Assembly (NCBI GenBank): GCA_050613775.1
Contig: JBODTK010000102.1
Location: 496,001 to 560,000, forward strand
Origin: Neocallimastix sp. 'constans'
Lineage: Eukaryota
DNA length: 64,000 nt
Reading direction: 5' to 3'
The notes below the pieces were generated by a model. It was not told the DNA's origin. It saw only the letters and a program-made list of their open reading frames with translations, and did not search any database. Every line of letters begins with the position of its first letter. Within the stretch, counting starts at the first letter, position 1. This document shows, one piece after another, positions 62,460-64,000 of this stretch. The position numbers and the translations under genes are program-made.

Positions 62460-64000
62460 TGGGAGTGTGAGTTGAACCCATGAAGCAATAATCATGGTCA
62501 AGGTAACTAACCATTTAACCAAGATCCTTACTTTACTAAATGAAGTCTTCGTTTCATGGTTTTTGGAGAATTGTTGACTTGGGACTCTTGGGTAGATGCA
62601 TGGAATGAATTGTTATAGCACAACTCTACCAGAAATAGATCTATCCAGTTTTCATCATCGTAAGAATCAACAAAACATGGTAAATAGGTTTCTACGTATA
62701 CAATTTTCCTTTCAACTTGGCCTATATTTTTGTGGTGACTTATGGTAGCATAATTTATCTCTGTCCTGAAGAATTCTGGTAGCTCTTTCATACCTGACTT
62801 GTAAACTGTGTTCCTCTATCAGTAGTTACAACCTTAGGGAATCTATGCAACCTATAAATTTCCTTTAGGAACGCATCATCAGTCTCGTTTGCGTTTGGTA
62901 GGTGTTTAAATCTTATCAAGTGAATCAATGTTGGATCCGTAGGGTTGTTTGTTGTTCCTTCGGGAACAACAAATTTTCTAGTATTTCTCTGGTTAATTTA
63001 GGAATTTCACTTACCAACATTATTGTTGACAAGAGATTGTAATTGTTTAAAAAAATTCTGCTGGGCCATCTGAAGTTTCATTTTTCAGACATAGCGTTTT
63101 CGTTTGAATGAACCTTTCTTTTTTCCTGGGAGTTCTCATTTCTTTTTTCCTATAGGAATGGTATTATTTGTGCTTCTTTTTTCCACTATCTATTTTAACG
63201 TTTTCTTTTTTTTTTCCGTTTTTCGAAATTTCTATATTTTGTACTGTATATACCTAACAATACAGCAACTAGAGCTCGGTTGTCTTGGTGACTGTTCCTT
63301 TTTTCTAACTTCTCATCGTAGTACATTCTCTTCTCAATTTCAAAACGGATTAGGCAGCGGCTTAGGTCCTTCAAAGTGATCTTCGTAGGGTTGTCAGATT
63401 CTAAGTTCAATAGGATGGTCATACCTAATAATTTAGGATATCCTTTCTTTCTTCTTCGGTACAACCGATTGCCCTGGTAAGTCAGTTGAATTCGGTAAGG
63501 TATTCGTAAACCTTACCCCATTCATGTTTCAGCTGGAGGATTTAGATTTCATTAACTCCTTGAATTTTTCCAAATGAAAATCGGCCCTTCTTTATTCGAA
63601 CAAATTAGTAACATCGGACTATCTTTCCTAAGTCTCTTTCTGGATAGCTTGGTACCACAGAGCAGCGCTTCCACACAGAAGGTAAGTAACGTAGTATAAC
63701 TTTGCTTGTTCATTGTAAAAATATCTACAATAATATCGATAGAAGTGACTCTTGCACTTATCGATAAAAGTATTAGATAGCTTCTCCATTGAAGTAGAAT
63801 GGTTGTTCCTGTTGAGAGGCGATGGTATCCCTGATGACTACATCGCCATCAGCATCTCTTGGAGTCTTTGGAGCCAGGCTATCTTTAGGTTATTCATTAA
63901 TATAGGTAGCCATCCTTTCCTTGGTGTCCTCAATACTCTCTAGGCTTTGTTTCTCCCTTTTATTCAGCATGGAAGTATCCACTGGGAATTTGTCTCGAAC
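62460..64000 (-). mobile_element. Gypsy remnant: integrase fragment (62460-62930) joined to gag-like sequence, running off the window
   Basis: TDRGTQF/IGQVERK integrase homologous to 48450-48830; gag-like AKLYYVTYLLCGSAALWYQ near 63650-63710. Confidence 0.75.

Overview
Extremely AT-rich eukaryotic DNA with no recognisable host protein-coding gene. The composition, fungal-type Ty3/gypsy and Ty1/copia elements suggest an anaerobic gut fungus (Neocallimastigomycota), but that is inference. The window is an LTR-retrotransposon cluster organised around one tRNA-Val(UAC) gene (46035-46107). A near-intact 6.8-kb Ty3/gypsy element (39186-46017, 965-bp LTRs, ACAAA TSD) sits 17 bp upstream of the tRNA. 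Behind it lies a ~33-kb head-to-tail stack of about 20 solo LTRs or elements from many families. They are mostly separated by only 1-6 nt, and these spacers reproduce overlapping 4-5 bp pieces of the sequence at -17..-10 of the tRNA. The stack reads as an ordered record of repeated tRNA-targeted insertions, including a transient point mutation of the target site. The gypsy families appear to be self-primed (Tf1-like PBS complementary to an LTR-internal sequence). The copia families carry a PBS complementary to the anticodon arm of tRNA-Lys(CUU) (half-tRNA priming). The stack also contains a non-autonomous element with two PPTs and a nested full-length copia. Both flanks hold older, degenerate copia and gypsy remnants.
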